A stretch of DNA of 57,644 nt from Verrucomicrobiota bacterium (GCA_049510745.1 JBEKYR010000032.1:1-57644), one strand, 5' to 3'; positions 8,387-17,981 are shown, numbered from the stretch's first letter. Numbers and translations are program-made. The notes: generated by a model not told the origin, from the letters alone.

Positions 8387-8551
8387 ATGGATAATAGTAT
8401 CAACAAGACATCCGTATCGCTCTTGGCGATGGCAGCGTTGGTCATCGCGGCAATTGCCGCCAAAGTCCGCGCTTCCGTCGATGCGCAAGCTCCTGAGGGA
8501 TATGAGGATGAGTCAGGTTTCCATTTTGGAAGCCCTCCCTTGGGTCAGTAG
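8387..8551 (+). CDS. Small single-TM protein with GYEDESGFHFG tail
   Basis: 54-aa ORF with a hydrophobic stretch (SLLAMAALVIAAIAA) and APEGYEDESGFHFG, directly after the sigma54 motif. Confidence 0.6.
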   Translation: MDNSINKTSVSLLAMAALVIAAIAAKVRASVDAQAPEGYEDESGFHFGSPPLGQ

Positions 8552-8661
8552 GCCATACGGATTGCTTCGAGGGGTGCGAACCCCGAAATGTCCCTGCCGG
8601 GACTGGCCCTGTCGTGTTTTGCACAGGAAGTTCTTACCGCATATTCGGGTAACAATTCCCC

Positions 8662-10899
8662 TCAGTTGAATCCCATCAATCGGCCGCCTTGGTAGGTGAC
8701 AAACGCAAAAACCCAGGCCAACGCCCCCATATAGACCCATTGGAAGAGAGGCCACTTCCAGGAATTGGTTTCCCGGCGCACCACCGCCACCGTGCTTACG
8801 CATTGCAGGGCAAGGACATAGAAAACCATCAGTGCCACCGCCGTCAGTGTCGTATAAACCGGCCTACCGTCCGGCCGCTTTTGCTGCCGCATGACTTCCG
8901 CCAAATCCCGCGTGTGCGTGTCCTCATCGGTCCCCTCGCCGACGTTATAGACAATGGACATGGTGCTGACAAACACCTCGCGCGCGGCGAAGGAGGAGAC
9001 GATGCCGATGCCCATCTTCCAATCGAATCCCAGCGGGGCGATGAGCGGTTCGAGCAAATGGCCCGCCTTTCCGGCGAAACTCCCGCGCAACCGCTCGCCC
9101 GCCGCGGCGGCGCTGGATGGCGCCGGTTTGCCGGCTGGCCGCTCCGCCGCTTCGTGCCGGGGATAGCTGGCCAGGAACCAGAGCAGAATGTTGATGCCCA
9201 AAATCACCGTGCCGGCGCGGCGCAGGAATAATCTTGAGCGGTCCCACATGTGGCGGAGGACGATTTTCAAAAGGGGCCGTTTGTAGGGCGGCAACTCCAT
9301 GACCAGCATCGGCGTCTCGCCTTTGAGCAGCGTTTTCTTGAACACCCACGCCATGCCCAGCGCCACCGCGATGCCCAGCAAATACATGCTTAACATCGTC
9401 ACGGTTTCCGCGGCCAGCCGCCCCGGCAGGCAGGCCGCGATCAAGAGCGTGTACACCGGCAGCCGCGCCGAACAACTCATCAGCGGCGCCACCAGGATCG
9501 TGACCAGGCGGTCTTTGGGCGTTTCAATGGTCCGTGTGGCCATGATGCCGGGAATGGCGCAGGCGAACGAACTGAGCATCGGAATGAAACTTTTGCCGTG
9601 CAACCCCACTTTGCTCATCAGCCGGTCCATCAGAAACGCCGCGCGCGCCATGTAACCGGTGTCCTCCAGCAGCCCGATGAACAGGAACAGCAGGCAAATC
9701 TGCGGCAGAAACACCACCACCGCCCCCACTCCCTGGATCACTCCCTTGACCAGCAGCGCCTGCAAGTCCCCCGGCGGGATCTGCCGTCCGACGAAATCCC
9801 CCAGCGCGCGGAACAATCCCTGCAACAAATCCATCGGCACCTGCGCCAGGCTGAAGATCGACAAAAACATCACCGCCATGATGCCGACGAAAATCGCCAT
9901 TCCCCAAATTTTATGGGTGACAATGCGGTCGATCTGGTCGCTGAAGGTCTCCTCCGGCCCGCCCGCTTCGGTCGTCACCGCTCTCTGAATGGCCGCCACC
10001 CGGCTGTAACGCGCTTCAATCGCCGCACTGCGCCAATCGATTCCCGCGCTTTCCAACCGCTGCCGCCCGCCGGCGACCGCCTGGCGGACAGAGGCCGGAT
10101 ACTGCGCCGGGGAGGAGGCGCCAGGTTTTTCGTCGCACAGAAGCAGCAGCGCCTCGATTCGGCGCGGCGCGGCAGGCTGGCCCCCCAGGCCGGCCAGCGC
10201 GCTTGCCACCGCGTCGATCTCGGCCTCGAAGTCCGGCGGCAGGGCGCAAAAAGAGCGCGGCGCCGCGGGCGGCCTCCCGGCGCGGATGGTTTGGATGATG
10301 GCTTGTTGCAGGTCGCGGAGGCCTTCGCCCGTGCTGGCCACCATCGGGACCACCGCCACTCCCAGCGCCTGGCCGAGCTGGCCGGCGTCGATGTGGTGGC
10401 CGATCTTCTCCGCCACATCGGCCATGTTCAAAGCGATGACCGTTGGATAGCCCAGTTCAATGACCTGGGTGGCGAAGTAAAGATTGCGTTCCAGGTTCGA
10501 GGCATCGACCACCACCACGACCGCCGCCGGCGCCGGAACCTCGGGCAGCCGCTGCAACAGGACATCGCGGGCAATCTGCTCATCCAGCGATTGCGGACTG
10601 AGGCTGTAGGCGCCCGGAAGGTCCAGCACCGTCAAAGGGAGGTCGCCGGGAGCGCCCTGGAAACGGCCCTCCCGCCGCTCGACCGTGACCCCGGCGTAGT
10701 TGCCTACCCGCGCCCGCAACCCGGTCAAGGCGTTGAAGACCGTGGTTTTGCCTGAATTGGGATTGCCGGTCAGAACGACGCTGCGGGAAGCGACCCGCAG
10801 AGGGGAAGACTTGGGGCCTGCGGGCGGAGGGGCGGCCGGGAATTGAGACTGAGTCTCAACTGTCCCGGCGCGACCTTCCACTTTCGACTGCGGTTCCAT
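8662..10899 (-). CDS. feoB: Ferrous iron transporter B
   Basis: G1 GNPNSGKT, G2 VGNYAGVTVE, G3 DLPGAYSL, G4 NMAD, gate/TM domain (LEDTGYMARAAF, SCSARLP). Start uncertain (10899 or 10947). Confidence 0.96.
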   Translation of the reverse strand: MEPQSKVEGRAGTVETQSQFPAAPPPAGPKSSPLRVASRSVVLTGNPNSGKTTVFNALTGLRARVGNYAGVTVERREGRFQGAPGDLPLTVLDLPGAYSLSPQSLDEQIARDVLLQRLPEVPAPAAVVVVVDASNLERNLYFATQVIELGYPTVIALNMADVAEKIGHHIDAGQLGQALGVAVVPMVASTGEGLRDLQQAIIQTIRAGRPPAAPRSFCALPPDFEAEIDAVASALAGLGGQPAAPRRIEALLLLCDEKPGASSPAQYPASVRQAVAGGRQRLESAGIDWRSAAIEARYSRVAAIQRAVTTEAGGPEETFSDQIDRIVTHKIWGMAIFVGIMAVMFLSIFSLAQVPMDLLQGLFRALGDFVGRQIPPGDLQALLVKGVIQGVGAVVVFLPQICLLFLFIGLLEDTGYMARAAFLMDRLMSKVGLHGKSFIPMLSSFACAIPGIMATRTIETPKDRLVTILVAPLMSCSARLPVYTLLIAACLPGRLAAETVTMLSMYLLGIAVALGMAWVFKKTLLKGETPMLVMELPPYKRPLLKIVLRHMWDRSRLFLRRAGTVILGINILLWFLASYPRHEAAERPAGKPAPSSAAAAGERLRGSFAGKAGHLLEPLIAPLGFDWKMGIGIVSSFAAREVFVSTMSIVYNVGEGTDEDTHTRDLAEVMRQQKRPDGRPVYTTLTAVALMVFYVLALQCVSTVAVVRRETNSWKWPLFQWVYMGALAWVFAFVTYQGGRLMGFN
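10843..10859. promoter_or_regulatory. Perfect 8-1-8 palindrome, candidate iron-regulator operator inside the 5' end of feoB
   Basis: TTGAGACT-G-AGTCTCAA; a near copy overlaps the feoA promoter. Confidence 0.55.
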
Positions 10900-10954
10900 C
10901 AATGGGGACTCATTCTGTGCCGGCCTGGGCCGATGCGCAATCCGCAACTCCGCC

Positions 10955-11197
10955 TCAAGTGGCGGGGCGGACCCAGATTTGTTCGGCCTCCTGGCGGCGC
11001 AGGGTCAGATGGTAGCCGCGCACCTTGATTTCGACCGGATCGCCCAGCGGGGCGAAGCGCACCAGTTGCACCGGCGTGCCGACCAGCAAGCCCATTTCCA
11101 GAAGGCGTCCGCGCTGGTCGGGGCGCAGCTTGATTTCGCTGACGGTGGCGTCCCCGCCGATCTTGAGGGAAGTCAGAGGCTGGCTTTCCGTGGACAT
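10955..11197 (-). CDS. feoA: FeoA
   Basis: RLLEMGLLVGTPVQLVRFAPLGDPVEIKVRGYHLTLRRQEA. Confidence 0.95.
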   Translation of the reverse strand: MSTESQPLTSLKIGGDATVSEIKLRPDQRGRLLEMGLLVGTPVQLVRFAPLGDPVEIKVRGYHLTLRRQEAEQIWVRPAT

Positions 11198-11198
11198 A

Positions 11199-11492
11199 TC
11201 AAGCGACCTTCTTTCGGGAAAGCGGCTCGACGAGAATTTTTTCGGCCAGGCGCGCGCTCAGGCCCAGGCGGGCGTTGCAAACCTGGCAGATGAGGTTGGT
11301 TTGGCGGCTGAGCAATTTGATCTTCTGCTCCTCGCAGAAGCCCATCTCGCGCAAGCGGTGGGTGACCTCCGGGGGCGCGGAAAGTTGCTTGATGCGCACC
11401 GCCACGCCCGCGTTGACGCGGCTCAACGGGCAGAGGAAGGGCTGGGGACACTGTCCATCCCCGCCGCCGGATTCCGGTTGCGACTTCTGCAC
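11199..11492 (-). CDS. feoA: FeoA-family protein (second, Cys-rich copy)
   Basis: HRLREMGFCEEQKIKLL..ICQVCNARLGLS..AEKILVE; GTG start. Confidence 0.85.
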   Translation of the reverse strand: MQKSQPESGGGDGQCPQPFLCPLSRVNAGVAVRIKQLSAPPEVTHRLREMGFCEEQKIKLLSRQTNLICQVCNARLGLSARLAEKILVEPLSRKKVA

Positions 11493-11498
11493 GCTGCC

Positions 11499-11527
11499 AA
11501 CCTAGGGCCATTGAGACTCAGTTGCAA
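11499..11527 (-). promoter_or_regulatory. feo promoter overlapped by a palindromic operator
   Basis: Minus strand TTGCAA-17 nt-TAGGTT, 6 nt before the GTG. TTGCAACTGAGTCTCAA (11511-11527) covers the -35 element. Confidence 0.65.
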
Positions 11528-11542
11528 GAGAGATGTTCGCTT

Positions 11543-12379
11543 TTACGACGCGCGCCCGCCGGCAGCTTCCCAGGCGATCATGGCCCGTTTGCGCTCCGCG
11601 CCCCAGCGGTAATCTCCCAGCACACCGGTTTCACGAATGACGCGATGGCACGGGATGAGCCAGGCCAGTTCGTTGCGTCCCACCGCCGATCCAACCGCCC
11701 GCGCCCCCGCGGGCGCCCCCACTGCCGCCGCCAGTCGTCCGTAGCTGCAAAGCTGGCCGGCTGGAATCCGCAGCAGGGCGCGCCACACCCGCAGTTGAAA
11801 AGCGGTGCCTTTGACGAGGGCTGTCCACTTCGGGCGCGAACCGGATTGGCCGCCCGGCCGGAAAACCCGCCGCAACAGCTTGCCGGCGGCGGCATCGTCG
11901 CGTTCCCACCGGGCGTTGGGCCACAGTTCCTTCATTTCGTTCCAGGCGGCGCGCGGGTTGGCATCGACAAAGGACAAATGGCAGACGCCGCGGGGGCTTT
12001 GCGCCACCAGGCACCGCCCAAACGGGCTGGGACCGAAGCCCGCCGAAATCGTCCAGCCCGCGCCGCCCGATTTTATTTCGCCGGGCGAAGCCGCTTCGAG
12101 GCGGACGCACAAATCATGCAGGCGCCCCGGACCGGAAAGGCCGGCATCGAGGGCGGAGTCAAGAATGTTTCCTCCCCGCCGAAGCCGGCTGCGCGCGCGC
12201 GCAAAGGTCAGGCAGCGCAAAAAGTTCTTCGGCGTTGTCCCGGCCCAGGCGGAGAAAAGGCGGTGAAAATGAAATTCGCTCAACCCGGCCTCCCGCGCCA
12301 GCGCGGAGAGCCGGGGCTGCCCCTCTTGGTGTTCATCCAGGTAGCGGATGACTCGGGCCATGCGCTCGTAATCGTTCAT
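11543..12379 (-). CDS. AraC-HTH / O6-methylguanine-DNA methyltransferase (Ada-like)
   Basis: LSEFHFHRLF HTH, GLSGPGRLHD, GTAFQLRVWRAL, active site IPCHRVI. Confidence 0.92.
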   Translation of the reverse strand: MNDYERMARVIRYLDEHQEGQPRLSALAREAGLSEFHFHRLFSAWAGTTPKNFLRCLTFARARSRLRRGGNILDSALDAGLSGPGRLHDLCVRLEAASPGEIKSGGAGWTISAGFGPSPFGRCLVAQSPRGVCHLSFVDANPRAAWNEMKELWPNARWERDDAAAGKLLRRVFRPGGQSGSRPKWTALVKGTAFQLRVWRALLRIPAGQLCSYGRLAAAVGAPAGARAVGSAVGRNELAWLIPCHRVIRETGVLGDYRWGAERKRAMIAWEAAGGRAS

Positions 12380-12427
12380 GCGCGCAGTTTGCCGTTTCCC
12401 CCGGCGCTTCCCACCCGTTTCTTGCGG

Positions 12428-15217
12428 TCATTTTGACTGAAATTCGAACGCCACTTTGTGCGCGTCGTCCAGGATCAGATACGCCGGAAACGGCTTGTCG
12501 TTCTTGGAGACGAAATGCGTGAGCAAGTCCGTCTTCCCGTTTTCGATCAGCTTCTTGAGTTGAATGAGGTCGATGGGTTGCTGCAACAGCACTCGCGGCA
12601 CCCTGAATTTGCACGGCTTCTTGTCCGCCTGCGATCTTTCGCAAACGTAATGGTACCCGGTCTCGAAGACCCGCCCGCCGCAAATCGGACAGACCGCGAG
12701 CGGTTCGGATTGGCTGAAGTCGCGTTTCGGCTCGGGCTGCTTCGGTTTGGCGTCGGCGGGTTTCCCACCCGTTTTTGGTTCGAATTCAAAACCGACCTTG
12801 CCGCCGGGCTGGAGGACCAGGAAGGCTTTGAAAGGGCGGCCCTTTCGGGAAATGAATTTATCCAGCAAAGCGGTGCGGCCCCCGGTCAATAATTTTTCCA
12901 ATTGCTCCTTTTCGATGGCGCGCTGCAAGATGATTTTGCCAACGCGAAAAGCGCAGCCGGCGCGGCGGGCGGCCTTCTCGCAAATGAAAGCCATGCCGCC
13001 ATCATAGACGGGCGAGCCGCATTGCGGGCATTTGCCCAACGGTTGCTGGCCGGTGAAATCCACCGGCGCGGACGCCTGGCCGCCTCCCCCGGACTGGCCG
13101 AAATCGAATTCGGGCTTCAGGTCCGCGCCAAGCTTGATGACGGCGGCGAAGGGCCGTCCGATTTTGCTGCGGAAGCCTTGCAGCGGCCCGACGGTGCGCT
13201 TGGCGATCAACTCCTCGACTTCCGGGATCTCGAGCTGGCGTCCCGCCACAATTTTCCAGAGCGCGAAGTCGCATTTCTGGCATTGGAACTTTTTGTAGTT
13301 TTCCTTGATGACGCCGCCGCACTTGGGGCAGGGCGTCTTCAATTCGCCGAAGTCGCCCGGCACGGTGTCGCTCTGGTGCAGCTTGGTCTTTTCGACGATT
13401 TGCCGGGTCATCTGCTCGATCTGCCGCATGAACTCGGGCCGGCCCAACTGGCCGCGCTCCATTTGCTTGAGCCTGAATTCCCAATCGCCGGTCAATTCGG
13501 GCGAGGACAATTCGGGAATCTCCAGCCCGCGCAGCAGCGTGATGAGCGAGAAAGCCTTGGCCGTCGGCGCCAGTTCGCGCCCTTCGCGCAGCATGTATTT
13601 CTCATAAATCAATCCTTCGATGATGGAGGCGCGCGTGGCGGGCGTGCCCAGGCCCTTCTGGCTCATGGCTTCGCGCAATTCCTCGTCTTCCACCAGCTTG
13701 CCGGCCCCCTCCATCGCCGAGAGCAACGTGGCTTCCGTGTAACGCGGCGGCGGCTTGGTCTGGGCGGCGATGATCTCGATTTTTTCCGTCCGGACCAATT
13801 CGCCCGGCTGCACCGGCGCCAGGCGCGGGCTTTGGTCGTCGCTTTGCGCTTCGCGCCCATAAACCGCCATCCAACCGGCTTGCAGCATGACTTTTCCCTC
13901 CGTCTTGAACGCCTCCCTTTCCACCCGCGTGAGCCGCGTGGAAACCAAGAACTCCGCCGCCGGATAGAAAATCGCCAGGAATCGCTTGGTCACCAGATCG
14001 TAGAGCTTCTGTTCCGGTTCCGTCAGACTTTTGGGCGCCAGCGACGTGGGAATGATGGCGAAGTGATCGGAGATTTTGGCGTTGTTGAAAATCCGCTTGT
14101 TCGGCCGGACCCATTGCTGTTTGAGAATCTCGCCCGCGAATTGCCCGTAAGCCGTGCCGCCGAGCATCTCCAGCGTCGCGCGGACCGTGCCGAGATAATC
14201 CTCCGGCAACGCGCGTGAATCGGTCCTGGGATAGGTCAGCACCTTGTGGCGTTCGTAGAGGGTCTGCGCCAGGCCTAGGGTGTTCTTGGCGGAAAAACCA
14301 AAGCGCAGGTTGCCGTCGCGCTGCAAGCTGGTCAGATCGTAAAGCAACGGGGAAAGCAGCGTCGCCGGCTTGCTTTCCTCGGTGACGGTGCCTGGTTTGC
14401 CCAGGCACTTGGCGCGGATGGCTTCGGCCTTCTGGCGGTCCCAGAGGCGCTCGGGTTTGAGGTCCGGATCGTTTTCCTTTTTGTCCTTCGCAAAATTCTC
14501 GTCGAGCCAGCGCCCGGCGTATGGGCCGGCCTGGGCAACGAAGGTGGCGTGCAATTCGCAATAATCCCGCGCCACAAACTTGCGGATTTTCTCCTCGCGC
14601 TCGACCACGATGGCCAGGGTGGGCGTTTGCACGCGGCCCACCGTGGTGAGGTGAAATCCCCCCGTCTTGGAATTGAAGGCCGTCAGCGCCCGCGTGCCGT
14701 TGATGCCGACCAGCCAGTCGGATTCCGACCGGCACACCGCCGCGTCGGCCAGCGGGCGCATCGAGGCGTCATCGCGCAAGGCGGAAAAGCCCTCGCGGAT
14801 GGAGGCCGGCGTCATTGATTGCAGCCAGAGCCGCTGGAGGGGCTGGGTGGCGCCGGCGTGCTGCACGATGTAGCGAAAGATCAATTCCCCCTCGCGCCCG
14901 GCGTCGCAGGCGTTAATCAGCCGGTCCACGTCCTTGCGTTGGAGCAGGCGGAGGAGCAGCTTGAGGCGGTTCTCGGATTTCTCGATGGGCCGCAGATCGA
15001 AATGCGACGGGATGACTGGCAGATGCGCAAACGTCCACTTCCCGCGCTTGACCTCCGTTCCCTCCGGCACGCACAACTCCAGCAGGTGGCCGACGGCGGA
15101 CGAAAGGACAAAACGGTCGCTTTCGAAGTAGTCGTCCTTTTTATGAAATCCGCCCAGGGCCTTGGCAATATCCGAGGCCACCGACGGTTTTTCGGCTATG
15201 ATCAGCGTTTTTCCCAT
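12428..15217 (-). CDS. topB: DNA topoisomerase III
   Basis: LIIAEKPSVA, NACDAGREGELIF, GRVQTPTL, TYPRTDS, GLGTPATRA and C-terminal Cys-containing repeats. Confidence 0.93.
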   Translation of the reverse strand: MGKTLIIAEKPSVASDIAKALGGFHKKDDYFESDRFVLSSAVGHLLELCVPEGTEVKRGKWTFAHLPVIPSHFDLRPIEKSENRLKLLLRLLQRKDVDRLINACDAGREGELIFRYIVQHAGATQPLQRLWLQSMTPASIREGFSALRDDASMRPLADAAVCRSESDWLVGINGTRALTAFNSKTGGFHLTTVGRVQTPTLAIVVEREEKIRKFVARDYCELHATFVAQAGPYAGRWLDENFAKDKKENDPDLKPERLWDRQKAEAIRAKCLGKPGTVTEESKPATLLSPLLYDLTSLQRDGNLRFGFSAKNTLGLAQTLYERHKVLTYPRTDSRALPEDYLGTVRATLEMLGGTAYGQFAGEILKQQWVRPNKRIFNNAKISDHFAIIPTSLAPKSLTEPEQKLYDLVTKRFLAIFYPAAEFLVSTRLTRVEREAFKTEGKVMLQAGWMAVYGREAQSDDQSPRLAPVQPGELVRTEKIEIIAAQTKPPPRYTEATLLSAMEGAGKLVEDEELREAMSQKGLGTPATRASIIEGLIYEKYMLREGRELAPTAKAFSLITLLRGLEIPELSSPELTGDWEFRLKQMERGQLGRPEFMRQIEQMTRQIVEKTKLHQSDTVPGDFGELKTPCPKCGGVIKENYKKFQCQKCDFALWKIVAGRQLEIPEVEELIAKRTVGPLQGFRSKIGRPFAAVIKLGADLKPEFDFGQSGGGGQASAPVDFTGQQPLGKCPQCGSPVYDGGMAFICEKAARRAGCAFRVGKIILQRAIEKEQLEKLLTGGRTALLDKFISRKGRPFKAFLVLQPGGKVGFEFEPKTGGKPADAKPKQPEPKRDFSQSEPLAVCPICGGRVFETGYHYVCERSQADKKPCKFRVPRVLLQQPIDLIQLKKLIENGKTDLLTHFVSKNDKPFPAYLILDDAHKVAFEFQSK

Positions 15218-15433
15218 GTCGTCAAATAATTCGCCCGCATGACAATCGACAGCAACATTAAACGCGGGAAAGTGGCTTAAACCCGCCGTGAAGTCAATAG
15301 TCCCCCGCATAATCCCCCCGCTGTTGTCGACGAAGCTTCATCTCCCACCGGCTTCCCAAGAGAGAAATTTCCGAACCCACTGTGTCTCAATTGCCGCACG
15401 GACAATGCCGGGTGAGCCTTCCGGCGTTTTCAT

Positions 15434-15706
15434 TTGTATCGCATCGCCGCACTCGCTATAAACCAACGTATGGCAGACATCGGCTACACCAAACCCTCGG
15501 GTATTTCCCGCTACGAAGTTGCGCTTCCACCGAAACAGTTTGCCGCCGAATTTACCGAGAAGATTCTTCCGCTCGTCGAACGAATCGCAACGAACATTCA
15601 CGAATTCCGCATCCTCGCCGCGCTGCGGGACGCGCTGTTGCCGAAGCTGGTGTCGGGCAAGTTGCGCGCGCCCGCCGCTCAAAAACTGCTGGAGGCCAGA
15701 TCCTGA
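15434..15706 (+). pseudogene. hsdS: 3' fragment of a type I RM specificity subunit
   Basis: VALPPKQFAAEFTEKILPL..LAALRDALLPKLVSGKLR is the conserved HsdS C-terminal helix. No N-terminal part, hsdM or hsdR is present. Confidence 0.7.
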
Positions 15707-16301
15707 TGTTTCAGCCTGAAGTCAAATTGGAGTTCGTGCGCCGCTACTGCCCGCCAAGAGCCGGCTGGAAGGTATTGGTTGATATTGACGCATCCGAAGA
15801 AGGTCGCACTGGAGGCGAAAGAAAGACGAAAAAGGCGAGACACATCCAGTGGGACATGCAAGACGCAGCCGAGAAGGCGCGCGAACAACTTGAATCGTTG
15901 GGTGTGCAAGTCGGCGGCGACCGGAAGAACTGGTCGCTGAAACAGGGTCTTCCGCTGGTAGAGGGCGACCGAGACATACTAGCATTCCACAACGAGAAAC
16001 GACTTTGCCTGATTGGCGAGGCAGAAGGACAATCCTCCGGGCAGCCGGAGCAGAAGCTTTACAAGGCGATCGGGCAGTTGGTGATGGCTGCGAGCGGCGT
16101 TCCGTTGGCCGGATGGCGGACGGAGCTGGTGCTGGTGGTTTATGGCAAGAGCATTTCAAAACACCTGTGCCAAGCGAACGCGCTCACGAAACTGGGAATC
16201 TCTGCGGTCGCGCTGGGCAAGAACCGGCAGTCGGACCGGTGGTTGTTTCCAGACGCGCCGTTGCCGAAGCTGCTGTCGGGCAAGTTGCGCGCGCCCGCCG
16301 C
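15629..16301 (+). repeat. 50-bp direct repeats (15629-15678 and 16252-16301) of the hsdS 3' end
   Basis: GACGCGC(T/C)GTTGCCGAAGCTG(G/C)TGTCGGGCAAGTTGCGCGCGCCCGCCGC, 48/50 identical. Confidence 0.9.
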
Positions 16302-16329
16302 CGCCAAACTCGTGGAAGCCCGCGCATGA
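15706..16329 (+). CDS. Putative PD-(D/E)XK-like nuclease with an HsdS-derived C-terminal tail
   Basis: ATG overlaps the hsdS stop (TGATG). GDRDILA..IGEAEG..KLYKAIGQLV resembles D..ExK..AIGQ nuclease motifs (EAE in place of EAK). Confidence 0.5.
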   Translation: MFQPEVKLEFVRRYCPPRAGWKVLVDIDASEEGRTGGERKTKKARHIQWDMQDAAEKAREQLESLGVQVGGDRKNWSLKQGLPLVEGDRDILAFHNEKRLCLIGEAEGQSSGQPEQKLYKAIGQLVMAASGVPLAGWRTELVLVVYGKSISKHLCQANALTKLGISAVALGKNRQSDRWLFPDAPLPKLLSGKLRAPAAAKLVEARA

Positions 16330-16889
16330 GCCAATCCTCCTCCAATCTTCCCGCGCCCACGGGCGGAGAAATCATCCTCTATCAGACGGAGGACGGGCGG
16401 ACGCGCATCCAGTGCCGGTTCGAGAACGAGACGTTGTGGCTGACGCAGACCCAGATTGCGGAGCTTTTTCAAACGACCGTGCCCAACATCAACCTGCACT
16501 TGAAGGCCATTTACGCGGAAGCTGAATTGCCGGCGGCGGCAACTATTAAGTCTTACTTAATGGTTCGATCCGAAGGTTCACGGCAGGTGTCCCGCCCCGT
16601 TCTGCGCTACAGTCTGCCGGCCATCCTCGCTGTGGGCTACCGCGTCCGCAGCCACCGGGGCACGCAGTTCCGCCAGTGGGCCACGGCGCGGTTGAGCGAG
16701 TATCTGCTCAAGGGCTTCACGATGGATGACGAGCGGTTGAAGAATCCGCCCGGCAAGGACCAAAAGGATTACTTTCCGCGGCAATTCCCCGCGTCTCTTT
16801 TTTGGATGCTCCTGCCCCAAAGACTTTCGGGGTTCTGCCCGGATCGTGGCAATTCCGCCCCTCCTTTGCCCAAATCACTGATTCATTGA
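16326..16889 (+). pseudogene. RhuM-family protein, 3' truncated
   Basis: IILYQTEDG, ETLWLTQTQIAELF, ILAVGYRVRSHRGTQFRQWAT..KGFTMDDERLKNP..DYF, then similarity is lost near 16775. Confidence 0.8.
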
Positions 16890-17296
16890 TTCACAACTCG
16901 CAACTTTTCGATAAAAAGCCCTTGCATATTTACATGAACAAATGGTAATACTTTCTTCGATGAATCTAATTCGTCACATAGGGAAAGGCAGGGATGGCCT
17001 CCAAGTCCTCCCCACTCCGCGCCTTCACCCCGAAGAATTTCGGGGCTGCGTTCCCTTGGTTGCCTCCAGGCGCTCCGCCGGCAACCCGGCGCCCCGCATC
17101 CGGTCCGGCGGTCCACCGGCAAATTTTGCCGGTCCGGCCCCTCCGGCAGATTTCGGTCAAGCCAAATCAAGCCAAAAATCAAACCAAATCAAACTAAATC
17201 AAACTAAATCAAACCCCAGAACAACAGGGGGGTGGGGGGTCAACCTCCAGTCAAGGCTGGCCAAACCCATTCACTGATTCACTGATTCATTGATTC
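16875..17296. repeat. Composite low-complexity element: ACTGATTC octamer arrays at both ends with an internal TCAAACYAAA decamer array
   Basis: TCACTGATTCATTGATTC at 16875-16892 and 17279-17296; about six decamer units at 17157-17216. Confidence 0.75.
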
Positions 17297-17384
17297 TCTA
17301 ATTCCTTTATGCCCCCGTTACAAATACCCCCCTCACTTTGTAAGTGACTACCGCGGACGGTTCTGGTAATCGTTGGATGCGCTT

Positions 17385-17945
17385 ATGGCACAGAATGTCT
17401 ATTTGATCTGTTTTCTGGTCGGTTTCCTGTTCACCGTCATCAGCCTTTTCTTTGGCCACGCGTTGGGCGGCCACGATGCCCACATGGATGTCGGCACCGG
17501 CGGCCACGCGGAGGCGGGCTATGAGCATACCGGTATGCCGGGCATTACGCCGTTCAGCCCAACCATTCTCTGCTCCTTTCTGACCGCCTTTGGCGGATTC
17601 GGGCTGATTTTCACCAATTTCGACGCCACCAAGGAAATATGGCGGAGCGTGCCTCTTTCCCTCTTGAGCGGGCTGATCATTGCGGCGGGGGTCTTCTGGC
17701 TCTTTGCCGCCATTTTCCACGGCACGCAAAGTTCCAGCGAATCCCATCTGGGATCCCTCATCGGAAGCACGGCCACGGTCATCACGCCCATCCCGGCGGC
17801 GGGCGTCGGCGAAATCGCCTACGTGCAATCCGGCAGCCGCTACACCGCGCCCGCCCGCGAACAAACCGGCGCCGCCGTGGCCAGCGGCCAGACCGTCAAG
17901 ATCACGCGCGTGGCCGAATCCCAGTTTTTCGTCTCAGTCATTTAG
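17385..17945 (+). CDS. NfeD-like membrane protein (flotillin partner)
   Basis: N-terminal TM helices, FLTAFGGFG, OB-fold C-terminus (LIGSTATVITPIP..GEIAY..YTAPAR), directly upstream of flotillin. Confidence 0.85.
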   Translation: MAQNVYLICFLVGFLFTVISLFFGHALGGHDAHMDVGTGGHAEAGYEHTGMPGITPFSPTILCSFLTAFGGFGLIFTNFDATKEIWRSVPLSLLSGLIIAAGVFWLFAAIFHGTQSSSESHLGSLIGSTATVITPIPAAGVGEIAYVQSGSRYTAPAREQTGAAVASGQTVKITRVAESQFFVSVI

Positions 17946-17981
17946 GCATCCGCCCTCCACCCCAAATCATAAAGGAACCCA

